Positions 11,211 to 23,300 of a DNA stretch of 64,000 bases are shown here, in pieces (position 1 is the stretch's first letter; the number at the start of each line of letters is the position of its first letter). Both the position numbers and the translations under genes were made by a program. The notes beneath the pieces were generated by a model. That model had not been told where the DNA came from. It ran no database searches and saw only the letters and a list, made by a program, of their open reading frames with translations. Origin of the DNA: an uncultured Bacteroidia bacterium. Lineage in GTDB: Bacteria; Bacteroidota; Bacteroidia; NS11-12g; UBA9320. The stretch is from NCBI GenBank assembly GCA_943789165.1, contig CALSTB010000003.1, forward strand, positions 191,980 through 255,979, in the 5' to 3' direction.

Positions 11211-11240
11211 AAAGGGGTCGTGCAAACGACCCCTTTTTTT
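11211..11240 (+). terminator. rho-independent terminator
   Basis: Stem GGGGTCGT, loop gcaa, stem ACGACCCC, followed by T7. Confidence 0.75.
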
Positions 11241-11263
11241 ATGGAATAGATTTACTTTGACAC

Positions 11264-12148
11264 ATGAAATTTGGTAAAGTATCGGACATTGATCTCCTAC
11301 AGCTCACCCTACCACAAGACCACAGAGACACCTTAGTAGTCTTAAAGAGCAATACTCCTCAACCGCATACGCCAAAAGTCTTTACAGGCTTTGCACAGTG
11401 GAATCGCAACTACCTTAAATCATTCTATCCCAAAGGAATTGGGAAGCGAGATTTAGAATACTATTCAACGCAAGTCAATTGCATTGAAATGAATGCCTTC
11501 TTTTACAGAATATTTCCTCCAGAGATGGTTGAAAGATGGCATCACCGCTCAGCAGATGGTTTTACTTTTTGTCCAAAGATTCCTCAAACCATAAGTCAGT
11601 TTAGTCGACTGAAAAATTGTGAAGATAAAACTACCAAGTTCTTAGAATCCATTTATCAGTTTAAAGAAAAACTAGGCACCGTATTTTTACAAATGCACCC
11701 AAATTTTGCACCAGACAGTTTCCAAGACTTAAAGCACTTTATGGCATCATGGCCCAACGATGTCCCACTTACCATCGAGTTGCGCCATCCTGATTGGTAC
11801 GCTGATCTGACAGTAGCAGAGGAACTATATACACAACTTGAAAAATACGCCATTGGTCATACGATTACCGATACAGCAGGGCGGCGTGATTTACTGCACA
11901 TGCGTTTAACGAACCCTACTTGTTTTATTCGGTTTACCGGAACCAATGACAAATCCGATTTACTTAGAATCAATGCTTGGGTTGAACGATTAACTCATTG
12001 GTCGCAACAGGGCTTGGACAAAATCTACTTTTTCATTCATCAAAATGACGGTCATAAGAATATAGACCTGTACCGCTATTTTGTTAATCAACTGAACCGT
12101 TCTATCGGTTGTTCATTAACGATTCCTGAACAACAGGATATTACGTAA
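11264..12148 (+). CDS. DUF72 family protein
   Basis: 294 aa. The pattern YYSTQVNCIEMNAFFYRIFPPEMVERW…FTFCPKIPQTIS is typical of DUF72. Confidence 0.75.
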   Translation: MKFGKVSDIDLLQLTLPQDHRDTLVVLKSNTPQPHTPKVFTGFAQWNRNYLKSFYPKGIGKRDLEYYSTQVNCIEMNAFFYRIFPPEMVERWHHRSADGFTFCPKIPQTISQFSRLKNCEDKTTKFLESIYQFKEKLGTVFLQMHPNFAPDSFQDLKHFMASWPNDVPLTIELRHPDWYADLTVAEELYTQLEKYAIGHTITDTAGRRDLLHMRLTNPTCFIRFTGTNDKSDLLRINAWVERLTHWSQQGLDKIYFFIHQNDGHKNIDLYRYFVNQLNRSIGCSLTIPEQQDIT

Positions 12149-12902
12149 GCTCCAATGAAATTGGGCAATGGTCAGAACCAAATACGTCATTGTGAATTTC
12201 TGACGCCGTTACCCGTGGCATCAGCGGTTCGGAGACAAGAAAATAATCTATCCTCCAACCTGCATTTGATTTACGCGCATTGAATCGTTGACTCCAAAAG
12301 GAATATTTCACTTCGGTAGGATGTAGTGTCCGGAAAGAATCCACCAAACCGGTTTGTAAAATAGCATCCAATCCGTCGATTTCAACCTGAGTATACCCGC
12401 TGGTCTTGTTGTAGTTAGATTTGTCGTTTTTCAGGTCAATCGCTTGATGTGCTACATTTAAATCTCCTGTCACTATAATTGGTTTAGTCTTTTGAAGATT
12501 CTTCAAATACGCAGCAAAAGATGCATCCCAAGTACTTCTATAATCCAATCTTTTTAGACCAGACCCACTGTTAGGCACATACACATTCACCAAATAGAAG
12601 TCATCATATTCAGCCGTAATTATCCGACCTTCATTGTCATGTTCCTCCACTCCCATATCAACCGTCACATCAATTGGTTTGGATTTAGTTATTATGGCAA
12701 CTCCGGAGTATCCTTTTTTCTCCGCTGAATTTGAGTATACGTGGTATCCTTCCAACCCTTCCAATGCCGTTTGAACTTGGTCATCTTGCGCTTTGGTTTC
12801 TTGCAAGCAAAATACGTCACATTTGAATTCTTTTATGGTGTCTAATAGTCCTTTGCCGACAGAGGCCCTGACCCCATTTACGTTAAACGAAACAATCTTC
12901 AT
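12141..12902 (-). CDS. xth: exodeoxyribonuclease III
   Basis: MKIVSFNVNGVRA start, CLQETK, GDLNVAH and SDHCP motifs of the EEP nuclease family. Confidence 0.9.
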   Translation of the reverse strand: MKIVSFNVNGVRASVGKGLLDTIKEFKCDVFCLQETKAQDDQVQTALEGLEGYHVYSNSAEKKGYSGVAIITKSKPIDVTVDMGVEEHDNEGRIITAEYDDFYLVNVYVPNSGSGLKRLDYRSTWDASFAAYLKNLQKTKPIIVTGDLNVAHQAIDLKNDKSNYNKTSGYTQVEIDGLDAILQTGLVDSFRTLHPTEVKYSFWSQRFNARKSNAGWRIDYFLVSEPLMPRVTASEIHNDVFGSDHCPISLELT

Positions 12903-12911
12903 GCGGTAAAA

Positions 12912-13358
12912 TTACTGTATGTCCTCTATTATTTCACTTGAATTATTAAAGACAATCGAATCTCCGACTTTTTTACCAAGAAAAAGTTGGCCTATTGGGG
13001 ACCCCATTGACATCGTGAGTATATCAGCGTTAGCGACATGTACTTTGCCCATACCTCCACAAAAAAACAAATGTCTCCTTGACGTTTGAACAAGTGAGCC
13101 AAGGCGAATGGCCGTGTGCTTCTCTTTGGACGAGATGTTTTTGAGTATTGTTCCGCTTTTTATCAAATTCCCGTACAAATTGTTCAATCGATCTAGTTCG
13201 ATATGATTCATAGCCCTCGCAGTTTCATACTTATCACCTGCAGAACTTTTCTCCTCTCCTTTTATGGATTCATTTACCGACGCAATTGAGCGCTGCAAAT
13301 CTTCGAGTTGTTCATTTAACTTGTTTGTTAAAGTTTCTATTACCTTTCTTTTATCCAT
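12912..13358 (-). CDS. GreA/GreB C-terminal-domain-like protein
   Basis: N-terminal coiled-coil. The C-terminus SPIGQLFLGKKVGDSIVF…EIIEDI resembles the GreA C-terminal domain. Confidence 0.5.
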   Translation of the reverse strand: MDKRKVIETLTNKLNEQLEDLQRSIASVNESIKGEEKSSAGDKYETARAMNHIELDRLNNLYGNLIKSGTILKNISSKEKHTAIRLGSLVQTSRRHLFFCGGMGKVHVANADILTMSMGSPIGQLFLGKKVGDSIVFNNSSEIIEDIQ

Positions 13359-13454
13359 TTTAAAGTTGCTTTAACGAGAATCTCTATAAGCCTATATAAT
13401 CTTTCAATCGCCAATATTCCTCAATTTTAGTGATTATCCTTTTGCTTTGCACCT

Positions 13455-13763
13455 ATGTTTGGCATATTTAAAAACCTATTAGGTCCGAAACAAGACCTAT
13501 CTGAAGTTGTAGCACAAGGTGCTATTATACTTGACGTAAGAACCGTTGGAGAATTTCAACAAGGTCACGGCAAACCATCTAAAAACATTCCTCTAGACAA
13601 GCTTGGTCAAAACATTGAAAAAATTAAAAAGTGGGACAAGCCTGTGATTACCTGTTGTGCAAGTGGGATGAGAAGCGCAAGTGCAGCAAGTACGTTAAAA
13701 AGTCATGGAATTGAAGCGTATAATGGTGGTTCGTGGCAGGCAGCACATGCTTTGGTACGATAA
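13455..13763 (+). CDS. rhodanese-like single-domain sulfurtransferase
   Basis: 102 aa. ILDVRTVGEFQQGH and the active-site loop CASGMRS. Confidence 0.8.
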   Translation: MFGIFKNLLGPKQDLSEVVAQGAIILDVRTVGEFQQGHGKPSKNIPLDKLGQNIEKIKKWDKPVITCCASGMRSASAASTLKSHGIEAYNGGSWQAAHALVR

Positions 13764-13828
13764 ACTATGTCAAAATGCCTGATTTCTTGATATGGAATAG
13801 GAATTGAAAGACCATTAATAAAACCAAA

Positions 13829-14122
13829 ATGGCAAATTTTAAATCAATCGTTTCCTCAAATACCCCGGTACTGGTTGACTTTTTCGCGGAATGGTGTGGT
13901 CCATGTAAAATGATGCCACCCATTTTATCCGAGGTCAAAGAGCAATTGGGTGATGAAGTTAAAGTCATAAAAATCGACGTAGACAAGAATCCATCACTTG
14001 CCCAATCTCTTCATGTCAAGGGTGTTCCAACCTTAATGGTCTTCAAAAACGGCAAATCTGTTTGGCGCCAAAGTGGGGTAGTTCAAGCAAATGATTTGGT
14101 TCGGATTATTCAATCAGCTTAG
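13829..14122 (+). CDS. trxA: thioredoxin
   Basis: 97 aa with the WCGPC active site. Confidence 0.9.
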   Translation: MANFKSIVSSNTPVLVDFFAEWCGPCKMMPPILSEVKEQLGDEVKVIKIDVDKNPSLAQSLHVKGVPTLMVFKNGKSVWRQSGVVQANDLVRIIQSA

Positions 14123-14162
14123 TCAGGATTAGTTTCAGCAGAAACACTATTTTTACGGGACT

Positions 14163-16070
14163 ATGTCTCGATTTATTGCAAACAATTTTTCAGAATACCT
14201 TGACCTGTATCAAGAAAGCGTTGAACGACCTGAAGAATTTTGGTCACAATTTGCTTCCAGTGAATTCTTGTGGAAACGTCCCTGGGATTCTGTACTAGAA
14301 CACGACCTTTCTGAACCAAGCGTGTCGTGGTTTAAAGGCGCTCAATTAAACATTACTGAAAATTGTATCGACCGACATCTTGAACATAACGGCGAGAAAA
14401 CGGCGATAATCTTCGAACCAAACGACCAAAATGACGAACCATTACACATCACCTATGCAGAATTAGCCATTCAGGTGAACAAAACAGCCAATATGCTTAA
14501 ATCACTTGGCGCAAATAAAGGTGATCGCATTTGTCTGTATATGCCCATGGTGCCAGAGTTGGCATTTGCCGTCTTGGCTTGTGCGCGTATTGGTGCCATA
14601 CACTCAGTTGTATTTGCTGGGTTTAGCTCAAAAAGTTTATCTGATAGAATAAATGATGCTTCTTGTAAGTTCGTACTGACTGCTGACGGGGGATATAGGG
14701 GTGCCAAAATTACTCCACTAAAGAACATAGCTGATGATGCTATCAAACAATGCCCTTGCGTTGAAAAAGTGCTTGTTTTGAAAAGAACAAACTCTGAAAT
14801 CCAATGGACTTCGGGACGTGATTTTTGGTGGCATGAAACGATAGAACAACAGTCTGAGCATTGTCCGGCAGAAACCATGGACGCTGAAGATCATCTGTTT
14901 ATCTTATACACTTCTGGCAGTACTGGACAACCCAAAGGCATGGTGCATACGTGTGGTGGTTATATGGTGTACACCAATTTTAGCTTTAGAAATGTATTCC
15001 AGTATAAAGCGAATGATGTCTACTGGTGCACGGCTGACATCGGCTGGATAACAGGGCATAGTTATATTGTTTATGGCCCACTAAGTGCTGGTGCCACAAC
15101 CCTCATGTTCGAAGGCGTGCCAAGCTATCCTGATATGGGTCGTTTTTGGCAGGTAGTAGAACGACATAAAGTAAACATCTTGTATACGGCGCCAACGGCG
15201 ATTCGTGCATTAGCGCAGTGCGACTTATCATTTGTGACCAATGCGGATATTTCTAGTTTAAGAATTCTCGGAACCGTTGGAGAACCCATCAATAAAGAAG
15301 CCTGGGAATGGTATGACGACCACGTAGGAACGAACAATTGTCCCATCGTAGACACATGGTGGCAAACCGAAACGGGTGGCATCATGATTTCGCCTTTAGC
15401 GGGTATCACGCCAACGATCCCCACTTTTGCCACACATCCACTGCCTGGAATTCAGCCCTGTTTGATGGATGAAAATGGGACTGAGGTTTCCTCTATTGAG
15501 GGTGAAGGTAGGCTGTGTATTAAATTCCCATGGCCAAGTATAGCTCGAACGATTTATGGCAATCACAAAAGATTTAAAGACACCTATTTTAGTGCATTCC
15601 CTGGCCATTATTTCACTGGTGACGGTGCTAAGCGTGACGCTAAAGGGAATTACCGAATTACAGGACGCGTGGATGATGTTGTGATTGTTAGTGGACATAA
15701 CCTAGGCACTGCGGAAATTGAAAACATCATCGACGAGCACGAAGCCGTTACTGAAGCCGCCGTTGTTGGTTATCCGCATCCCATAAAAGGCAATAGCATT
15801 TATGCTTTTGTTACGATTAATGCTGGTCAAGTAGACATGGATAGAACCACTCTTGAATCAGAGATCAAGAAATTGGTTTCAGATACCTTAGGTCCAATTA
15901 GCAAGCCTGAGAAAATTCAGTTCTGCTCTGGACTACCAAAAACACGAAGTGGTAAAATCATGCGCCGAATTTTAAGGAAAGTTGCAGCAGGTGAATTGGA
16001 TAGTTTTGGTGACATTTCTACCCTATTGAACCCAGAATGCGTTGAGGAAATCGTCCAAAACAGACTGTAG
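14163..16070 (+). CDS. acs: acetyl-CoA synthetase
   Basis: 635 aa. AMP-binding signature YTSGSTGQPKG, then WWQTETGG, and the C-terminal SGKIMRRILRK. Confidence 0.95.
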   Translation: MSRFIANNFSEYLDLYQESVERPEEFWSQFASSEFLWKRPWDSVLEHDLSEPSVSWFKGAQLNITENCIDRHLEHNGEKTAIIFEPNDQNDEPLHITYAELAIQVNKTANMLKSLGANKGDRICLYMPMVPELAFAVLACARIGAIHSVVFAGFSSKSLSDRINDASCKFVLTADGGYRGAKITPLKNIADDAIKQCPCVEKVLVLKRTNSEIQWTSGRDFWWHETIEQQSEHCPAETMDAEDHLFILYTSGSTGQPKGMVHTCGGYMVYTNFSFRNVFQYKANDVYWCTADIGWITGHSYIVYGPLSAGATTLMFEGVPSYPDMGRFWQVVERHKVNILYTAPTAIRALAQCDLSFVTNADISSLRILGTVGEPINKEAWEWYDDHVGTNNCPIVDTWWQTETGGIMISPLAGITPTIPTFATHPLPGIQPCLMDENGTEVSSIEGEGRLCIKFPWPSIARTIYGNHKRFKDTYFSAFPGHYFTGDGAKRDAKGNYRITGRVDDVVIVSGHNLGTAEIENIIDEHEAVTEAAVVGYPHPIKGNSIYAFVTINAGQVDMDRTTLESEIKKLVSDTLGPISKPEKIQFCSGLPKTRSGKIMRRILRKVAAGELDSFGDISTLLNPECVEEIVQNRL

Positions 16071-16166
16071 TTAAAGATTTTTTTACGTTCACTTAATCAA
16101 CCGTCACGCAAACTAATTGGATGTTGATTTAACTGTTGAGAGCGCTGTGCTTTGAATAAAAAAAGC

Positions 16167-17180
16167 ATGAAAAATCTACTCTCATTCATTCTGTTATTCG
16201 CTGTTACACTTTCAGTATATGGACAAATTAACGTCGACAATTATCGCCAAATCGAATACAAAAATTGGAATTCGAACCAAGTTCAAATAAAACACCAGCT
16301 CAACCAACTAAAAGCCCAGTGGGCTACCAGCGACAATATTTCGATGGATCTCAATCTATTGATGAATGTGGAAGCCACTGGTTATGCGGCCATTTTTAAT
16401 GTCAGACAAATTGCCAAAACGTCGTTGGACGTAAACACGTTGCTTAACGAGCGCATCGAGGCATTTAAAAAAGGACTTATTGCGAATGGCATTGGCGCTA
16501 GTGATATCGTAGTCGAAGTTATCTCACAAGTGCCCATTTACGGTTTGAGTAATTTCAAGAAGATCTTTAGTAAAAGTCAAAACGAAGTGCCTATAGGTTT
16601 TGAATTGCATAAAAACATCACCGTTGTCTTTACGAAATATGATTTATTGAATGACGTTGTTTTTGAAGCGTCTAAACATGAAATCTATGATTTGGTAAAA
16701 GTGGATTATTTCGCTGAAAACCCTTATCAATATTACGACACCATGCGCCAGATTCTTACTTCATACATCGACAAATTAGAAAAGCGCTACGGGGAAGTCG
16801 GGTTAGAACTTGATTCATTCGACCGAATGTTGAGTGAAAAAACGTCTGCTGTCTATCCCATTTCTCGATACACCTCGTATTCTGGTTTGACTCGGATGTC
16901 GTATGACGAATTGTTAGACAAAAACCAAGAACTCATCTCCGGTGTGCGTACGGTGGTTTCACCGAGTATGTATTACGACTACCTGCCGTTCGATAATTTT
17001 GATGTCATTTTACATCCCAAGGTGATCAAACCTTCCATCCAATACACCATGAATATGAAAATCACCTTCACAAAAAAGAAACCGACAGCTGTTAAGACTA
17101 TCACCAAAACAGAAGTTGAAAAGAAGTTCTTTATGATAACCGATGATGGCCAGGTGAAACTAATTGATGTAATCAAATGA
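16167..17180 (+). CDS. secreted hypothetical protein (possibly SIMPL/DUF541-like)
   Basis: I chose the ATG at 16167 because it gives a clean signal peptide, MKNLLSFILLFAVTLSVYGQ. I see no catalytic motif. Confidence 0.55.
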   Translation: MKNLLSFILLFAVTLSVYGQINVDNYRQIEYKNWNSNQVQIKHQLNQLKAQWATSDNISMDLNLLMNVEATGYAAIFNVRQIAKTSLDVNTLLNERIEAFKKGLIANGIGASDIVVEVISQVPIYGLSNFKKIFSKSQNEVPIGFELHKNITVVFTKYDLLNDVVFEASKHEIYDLVKVDYFAENPYQYYDTMRQILTSYIDKLEKRYGEVGLELDSFDRMLSEKTSAVYPISRYTSYSGLTRMSYDELLDKNQELISGVRTVVSPSMYYDYLPFDNFDVILHPKVIKPSIQYTMNMKITFTKKKPTAVKTITKTEVEKKFFMITDDGQVKLIDVIK

Positions 17181-17788
17181 GCCCATTAGTTCGATCTGTC
17201 TGTGTAAGCTTCGTATTGTGCATTAGCACGCCAATAATGGCCCAACTTGGCTTTATTATGCCCAACAATATAGAACAAGCTCATATCCGTAAAATTGACT
17301 CCTTAGACACGTATAAACCAGACTTAAATGTTTTTAAAGAACACTATCGCGATAGCCTAATGGTTAAGGCCTTCGACACAACGAAAAGATATATTCTGCG
17401 TTATTCGGACACCGTAAAATATGATCGTAGTGAGAGGAGGTTTGTTTTTCGTGAATTCGCCTTCGGGGATACCCTTTATCAAATGGATTCAAATAGCAAT
17501 CTGTATTATCGTTCAAGGACATTTAAACACCAACCTGCAATAAATTCTGCCGAACAAATACTGGACGCATACCTTATACAATCAAAGTGGTTCGTCCCGT
17601 ATATTCCTGATTCACGTGCAATTCCTTTGAAGCCTGACAACAAAACGTATGTCGACTATTTCGTACCTCATCTATACAATAGCCGATATCTAGTATTGCA
17701 GCAACATCATGGATATCACGGATACAACCATGTTGGTTTGGTTAATTTTTCAAATACGATTTGTCACTATTTTGAAGTGCTTGATTGA
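17177..17788 (+). CDS. secreted hypothetical protein
   Basis: Its start overlaps the upstream stop (ATGA). It has a signal-peptide-like N-terminus. Confidence 0.5.
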   Translation: MSPLVRSVCVSFVLCISTPIMAQLGFIMPNNIEQAHIRKIDSLDTYKPDLNVFKEHYRDSLMVKAFDTTKRYILRYSDTVKYDRSERRFVFREFAFGDTLYQMDSNSNLYYRSRTFKHQPAINSAEQILDAYLIQSKWFVPYIPDSRAIPLKPDNKTYVDYFVPHLYNSRYLVLQQHHGYHGYNHVGLVNFSNTICHYFEVLD

Positions 17789-17790
17789 CC

Positions 17791-18231
17791 TTAATCACGC
17801 TTTGAAATGAAGAAGTCTTGCATGAGTTTTTTGCATTCCGCTTCGTGAATGCCGTTTACGACCTCCGTTTTTTTATGTAATAAGGTGGGTTCATATTGAG
17901 TGAATCCACTTTTCGGTTCTGAGGCACCAAAGACAAGTTTTTTCAATCTCGCCCACTTAATTGCGCCTGCACACATCGCACACGGCTCGACCGTAACGTA
18001 TAAACTACATTCTTCCAATATCGTTGACTGAAAATGATTAAACGCAGAAGTCAGTGCCAGCATTTCTGCATGAGCAGTGCCATCATTGAGTCGTTTTGTT
18101 TGGTTGTAGCCTTTCCCAATAATTTGATTATTGACAACCACCACAGCACCAATAGGTACTTCATCTTCTTCAAAAGCAATTAAGGCCTGCTTAATTGCTT
18201 GCTTCATAAAATAATCATCTCCTAATTCCAT
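17791..18231 (-). CDS. tadA: tRNA-specific adenosine deaminase
   Basis: CMP/dCMP deaminase zinc motifs HAEMLAL and PCAMCAGA. 146 aa. Confidence 0.85.
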   Translation of the reverse strand: MELGDDYFMKQAIKQALIAFEEDEVPIGAVVVVNNQIIGKGYNQTKRLNDGTAHAEMLALTSAFNHFQSTILEECSLYVTVEPCAMCAGAIKWARLKKLVFGASEPKSGFTQYEPTLLHKKTEVVNGIHEAECKKLMQDFFISKRD

Positions 18232-18282
18232 GCTGACGTCAATGCGATTTGCGATATTTGCTCATTCAAATGTGCAACGAAT

Positions 18283-18705
18283 ATGTCTAAAATCGATAAA
18301 AAACTAGAACAGATAAAACTACAACATCAAATTGGTGAATTATTACACCAGGACAATGGCGTTTCTTGTCACTTTGACTACCATGTAAATTTGCTTTCTG
18401 ATTACGAAACCATCAAGTTAAATGTGTTAACGTATAACAAACGGCACAACGAATACATGTTGTTGCACACGATTAAGGGTACAAGCAGCATTGACTGTCT
18501 GACTAAAACCGTTACGTTTTTAAACCAGAAAGACCATCGATCAACGACACATTCTTACTCAGTAAAATGGCAAAAGGTCGGGGATTCAACCAGTTACATT
18601 TCTTATTTCATGGCCGTTGACGAAGAAGAGGCAACGAATAAATTTTTACACGAAAAGAATCCAAAAGAGTATACGTTCGAAGTGTATCAAAACCCTGTGG
18701 CTTAG
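18283..18705 (+). CDS. hypothetical cytoplasmic protein
   Basis: 140-aa ORF with no recognisable motif. Confidence 0.45.
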   Translation: MSKIDKKLEQIKLQHQIGELLHQDNGVSCHFDYHVNLLSDYETIKLNVLTYNKRHNEYMLLHTIKGTSSIDCLTKTVTFLNQKDHRSTTHSYSVKWQKVGDSTSYISYFMAVDEEEATNKFLHEKNPKEYTFEVYQNPVA

Positions 18706-18873
18706 ACTGTTTTCACTGTCTTTCATCTACATTTTATTTGGTGTCATACTTTTCTCTGACAAACTCACGTTTACCAAATAACCAATTTCTGTAACTGTAA
18801 TGGTTACTTTTTCGTAATTCAAGTATTAACCCTCAAACAAGGAATGAATTCCTGTTGACAAGAACTTTAATAC

Positions 18874-20322
18874 ATGAACATGAAAAATAACATCACATTA
18901 TTACTTGCCCTTTTAATTACAACGTCATTCTTTAGTTGTAACAAGTCCATTCAAAAATCATCTAAATCAGAGTCAATCGAAGATGTAAGCCAATCATCAT
19001 TTGATCGGATAAAACCAGTGCTTGACATGGCCATTGGTTGTCAATCGGATGTATTTGAAGAAGATAAAGGCGCACAAATCAACTACGCTTCCGGTGCGAA
19101 AGTCATAGTACCAGCTGATGCATTTGTTGACAAAAATGGAGAGCCTGTAACGGGCAAAGTGAAGCTTGAATTTGCGGAAATTAACGATGCAGCTTCCGTT
19201 ATCGCGAGTGGTTTACCCATGTGTATCGAGCAAGATGGTGAAATTGGCTATTTCGAAAGTGGTGGCATGTTTGAAATAAACGCCAATCAAAATGGGGAAC
19301 CCTTACGCTTGGCAGAAGGCAAACGCATAGAAATCCAAACCATGAGCGACAAGCCTGGTGATTTCAATTTTTACGAATTCAACGAAGCCAATGGGAAATG
19401 GGTAGAGCAAAATAAAACACAACTCGCTGCAACCACTCAGCCTAATCAACCGCCTGTTCTGTTAGACACCATTGCCAATAGTCGTCCACCCATAAAACCA
19501 ACAAAAGCTACCTCGGAAGACTTCATTTTTGACTTAAGAGTCGACAATGTAGACGAATATGGCATGAAGAACTGGGAAGGAATCATGTGGAAGTTTAGTG
19601 AGGCTGAAGGCAAAGAGCAAAAATCTAATCATTGGCTGTTTGACAAAAAATGGAAAAAAATAAAAATCGGAAGTTTTAATCCTAAAACGGCTAGTTGTTT
19701 AATCACTGCTGAGTACAGTGAAAAGGAAGCTCAAGTAGATCCTAAAACGGGGGTTAAGGTGTTTAAGAAAATCAAAAAAGAAATGACGGCTCGTGTAACA
19801 CCAGTCCTATTTGGCAATGGATATAAAAAAGCCTTAGACCAATATTACGCAACGATTGAGCAAATGAAAAAAAATGAATACCGGATGGCTCAAGCGGCAA
19901 AGTTGCAATCCGCTCAAAACGCCTTTTTACGGTCTGTATCTGTTCAAAATTTAGGGGTATACAATTGGGATCGAATAATTAAACAACCAGAAACTTTGAT
20001 GCTTACCGCGACCTACCAAGTAGAAGATATTTACGAGAATCACGAACTACCTGTGGTCTATATGATCGCTGGGGACAGAAAAGAAGTCATTACGTTTTAC
20101 AAAGACAGACGAGGCAACCTTGCCTTTAATCCGACATATCAAAATACGTTAATGGTGATTATGCCCAATAAGGAAATTGCCATGCTGAAAACCAATGATA
20201 TTTCCAACGATAAAATTAACGCCGCTCGGACGTCGAAAAAAATCGATATCAACCTAAAGCCTACCGGGGTATTTGTAGAGTCAACCGACCAATTAGGCGA
20301 ATTCATTCGTAAAAACTCATAA
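18874..20322 (+). CDS. hypothetical lipoprotein
   Basis: Lipobox-like LITTSFFSC near the N-terminus. 482 aa with no recognisable catalytic motif. Confidence 0.55.
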   Translation: MNMKNNITLLLALLITTSFFSCNKSIQKSSKSESIEDVSQSSFDRIKPVLDMAIGCQSDVFEEDKGAQINYASGAKVIVPADAFVDKNGEPVTGKVKLEFAEINDAASVIASGLPMCIEQDGEIGYFESGGMFEINANQNGEPLRLAEGKRIEIQTMSDKPGDFNFYEFNEANGKWVEQNKTQLAATTQPNQPPVLLDTIANSRPPIKPTKATSEDFIFDLRVDNVDEYGMKNWEGIMWKFSEAEGKEQKSNHWLFDKKWKKIKIGSFNPKTASCLITAEYSEKEAQVDPKTGVKVFKKIKKEMTARVTPVLFGNGYKKALDQYYATIEQMKKNEYRMAQAAKLQSAQNAFLRSVSVQNLGVYNWDRIIKQPETLMLTATYQVEDIYENHELPVVYMIAGDRKEVITFYKDRRGNLAFNPTYQNTLMVIMPNKEIAMLKTNDISNDKINAARTSKKIDINLKPTGVFVESTDQLGEFIRKNS

Positions 20323-20338
20323 GTTTTAATTGAAACCG

Positions 20339-23300
20339 ATGATGTTCAGATTCACAATCCTGTGTTCAGTGCTGCTAACTGGCTTGTTACCCGTTTTGGC
20401 CCAAAATGAATATTTACCTATTCAAGAAGGCAAACACTGGGGATACATAAACACATCCGGGGAGGTGGTTATCAAGCCCATATACGACTTGGCACATGCA
20501 TTCTCAAATGGTGCCGCTAAAGTTCAAAAAGAGGGTAAAAACTTCCTTATAAACCCGGAAGGAAAACGCATCAGTCCCATGGACATTGAAGATTTTCGGC
20601 ATGTATCAAATCGCATTCTTTTTACACAAAACCAAAAAGAGGGTATGTGTAATTATGAAGGCAAAGTCATACTTGAACCCATATACAGTTCGATTCTTCC
20701 AACTCAAATAGCTGGATTGTTTAAAGTGGGTATTGGCAATCAATTTGGACTTGTTGACACGCTTGGTGCAGACATTGTTCCGTGCTCATTCAGTTATATA
20801 CAATACATAAGCGGTGTGTTCTGGTGTTTAAATAGTGACGACAAAACATACAGTTTTTATGTCCCTAACAGTGCATTATATCTCCCTGGCGATTATACTG
20901 ACATTCGATATACAAATGGTCGGGCATTTGTTCAACTTAATAAGCGTTGGTACATCGATGGCAATCAGGACTCCTTGCTGTCTGAAGGTTGGCAAGACGT
21001 GTTACATATCAATAAACAATATTTTGTAGGTATCAATAAAGGTGATACAACGTTATACGCTCATAATTCCCTTAAGCCAATAGCGAATAACTTTGGTTTT
21101 GTAGAATCCTTTGATAGCAATAGACTTATTCTTAATGATGAAGGCATAAGAAACATCGTGGTTGGTGAACACTACATCGACTCGAGTTTTGGTTTTGTTT
21201 CCTTACAATCTGGAGGAAGCTATTTTGTTTTAAAGAATCAACTCGCCAATTACTTGGATTCAAATCTCAATCCGATGTTCGAATGGAAGTATCGTGGAAT
21301 CGAACCAGTAGATAACAACTATGCTAGAGTACGCGGTGATCTAGGTATCGGATTGTTGTCGTTGAAGTCCAGGAGAGAAATTATATCACCGCGATTTTCA
21401 TCATTAAAGATATACGATGACCGAGTTAAAGCCTATTCAAAAGAGCGCAGTTTGTGGTTGTTTAGTATTACTGAGGAGGCGGCAACGGATAGCATAGAAT
21501 TTAAAAACTATGCGACGGTTAAAGCCTATAGTTTGGATATGTCACAAGGGGCGGTACAGAAAAACAATATCGCTGAGAATGCAGTGGTAGGTAGGTGGTT
21601 TATAGAAGACCAAAAGTGGGGTTATTTAAGTAAAAGCGGTGCAGTATTAATCAAACCCATATTCTCGGCATATAATCCGGTTGGGAACACACGCTTTGCT
21701 ATTGTTCAAACACAACAATTTCACAGTAGAACTGGCGCACTTATAAGTACACGTTACGGCATTGTAGATCAAGTTGAGGGGATCTTACTGGTGTATCCGA
21801 ATTGCACGTTTATTGATCAAACGATGTTGGCCGACTCAAGTTTTTCGGTGGTTCGTATACGTAATCAATACGGCGCTTTTGCATTGATTCATAAATCGAC
21901 TGGCAAGACCAAACGTATTCAAAGTCCATTTATCGATGACTATGTCAATGGACTTGCCAGAATATATGTTGGTGGTAAATTAAGCTACACGGAATCGCCT
22001 TCCAATCCGCATATATCCGTGGCTTATGTATTTACAAATAAGTATGGTTACACACTTGGCACAGGCTATATTAGAATGCAACGCTATGTACGGTCGAAAT
22101 ATAAAAGTGCTGAATTGCGTGTTTATACCGTGGGCGGCCAATGGAACTATGTAGATAAGCATGGAAATCTTCTGTTATCCAACCACAAAAACCCACTTCA
22201 CCAACTTACGTATGCAACTCCGTTTGACCCAAACAACGCCGTTGTTTATAGGCAGGACACCTGTGCTCTTATCAACTCCGCTGGTGATTTTCTTTCGGGT
22301 TTTGAGTTTAACAAAATAGTTAAGGTGACAGATTCGGTGAATTCATATTACAAGGTGACGCGAAGCTCATCATCGTACAATTACTACAACAAATTCGGGC
22401 AAAATATTGGAAACGTCTTTGAATACGGTAACGACTTTAACGATGGTGCTGCCTGGATTCGTCGTGATGGCGTTTTTTACATCTTGAGGGAAGACGGCAC
22501 GGTTGTTAAAACGGAAAGAAATGGCATTCCCTACAGAAATACGTTTCATGACGGTTATTCTCCATTGCGGGTAGACAGACTTTGGACGGTTGTCGACACC
22601 AATGGGACTTTCATGTTTAATCCAAAAATGGGTAAAATCATCTGGTGTTCTGACGGCTATTCTGCCTATCGAACAAGTGAGGTAAATAAAAAAGGGAAAC
22701 GTACAAGAGGTTATGCCGTACTCGATGCTTCTGGTAGTCGCGTATCAGACCAATTATACAAATCCATACAACCTTTTCAGAATGGGTATTCATTTGTTAG
22801 GTTCCAAAATTCGAAAACTGGATTTATTGATACAACTGGAGCCGTGGTTACAAAAAAGCGTTTCTCAAAAACCTGGGGTTTCGATCAAAATGGATTGTGT
22901 GTTGTAAGAAAAGGTGGAGAAGGTGTGCTGTCGACATCTGGGAAAATGATTGTGCCAACCAAGTTCAGCAAAGTGTATATCGGTGATAGCGCTATTTTAG
23001 CAAAAGTTGGAAAACACGTTGTGGTGTATAACCATTACGGTAAACGATTGGCATCGTACAGAAAAGTCGAACGATTGGGTGGCTTTGACAATGGACTTGC
23101 GATGATACGTCGTAAAAACAAAGTGGGTTATATCGGGACTGATGGCCGATGGTCGATTCAACCTACTTACTCCAAGGGGAGTGATTTTTCAAACGGAGTA
23201 GCATTGGTAAGGAATAAAAACGGACAACACGTGATCAATTCAGAGGAGCACATTTTGTCAAGTTTCGGATATAAGGAAAGAATTGCCATCTCCGAGGGTT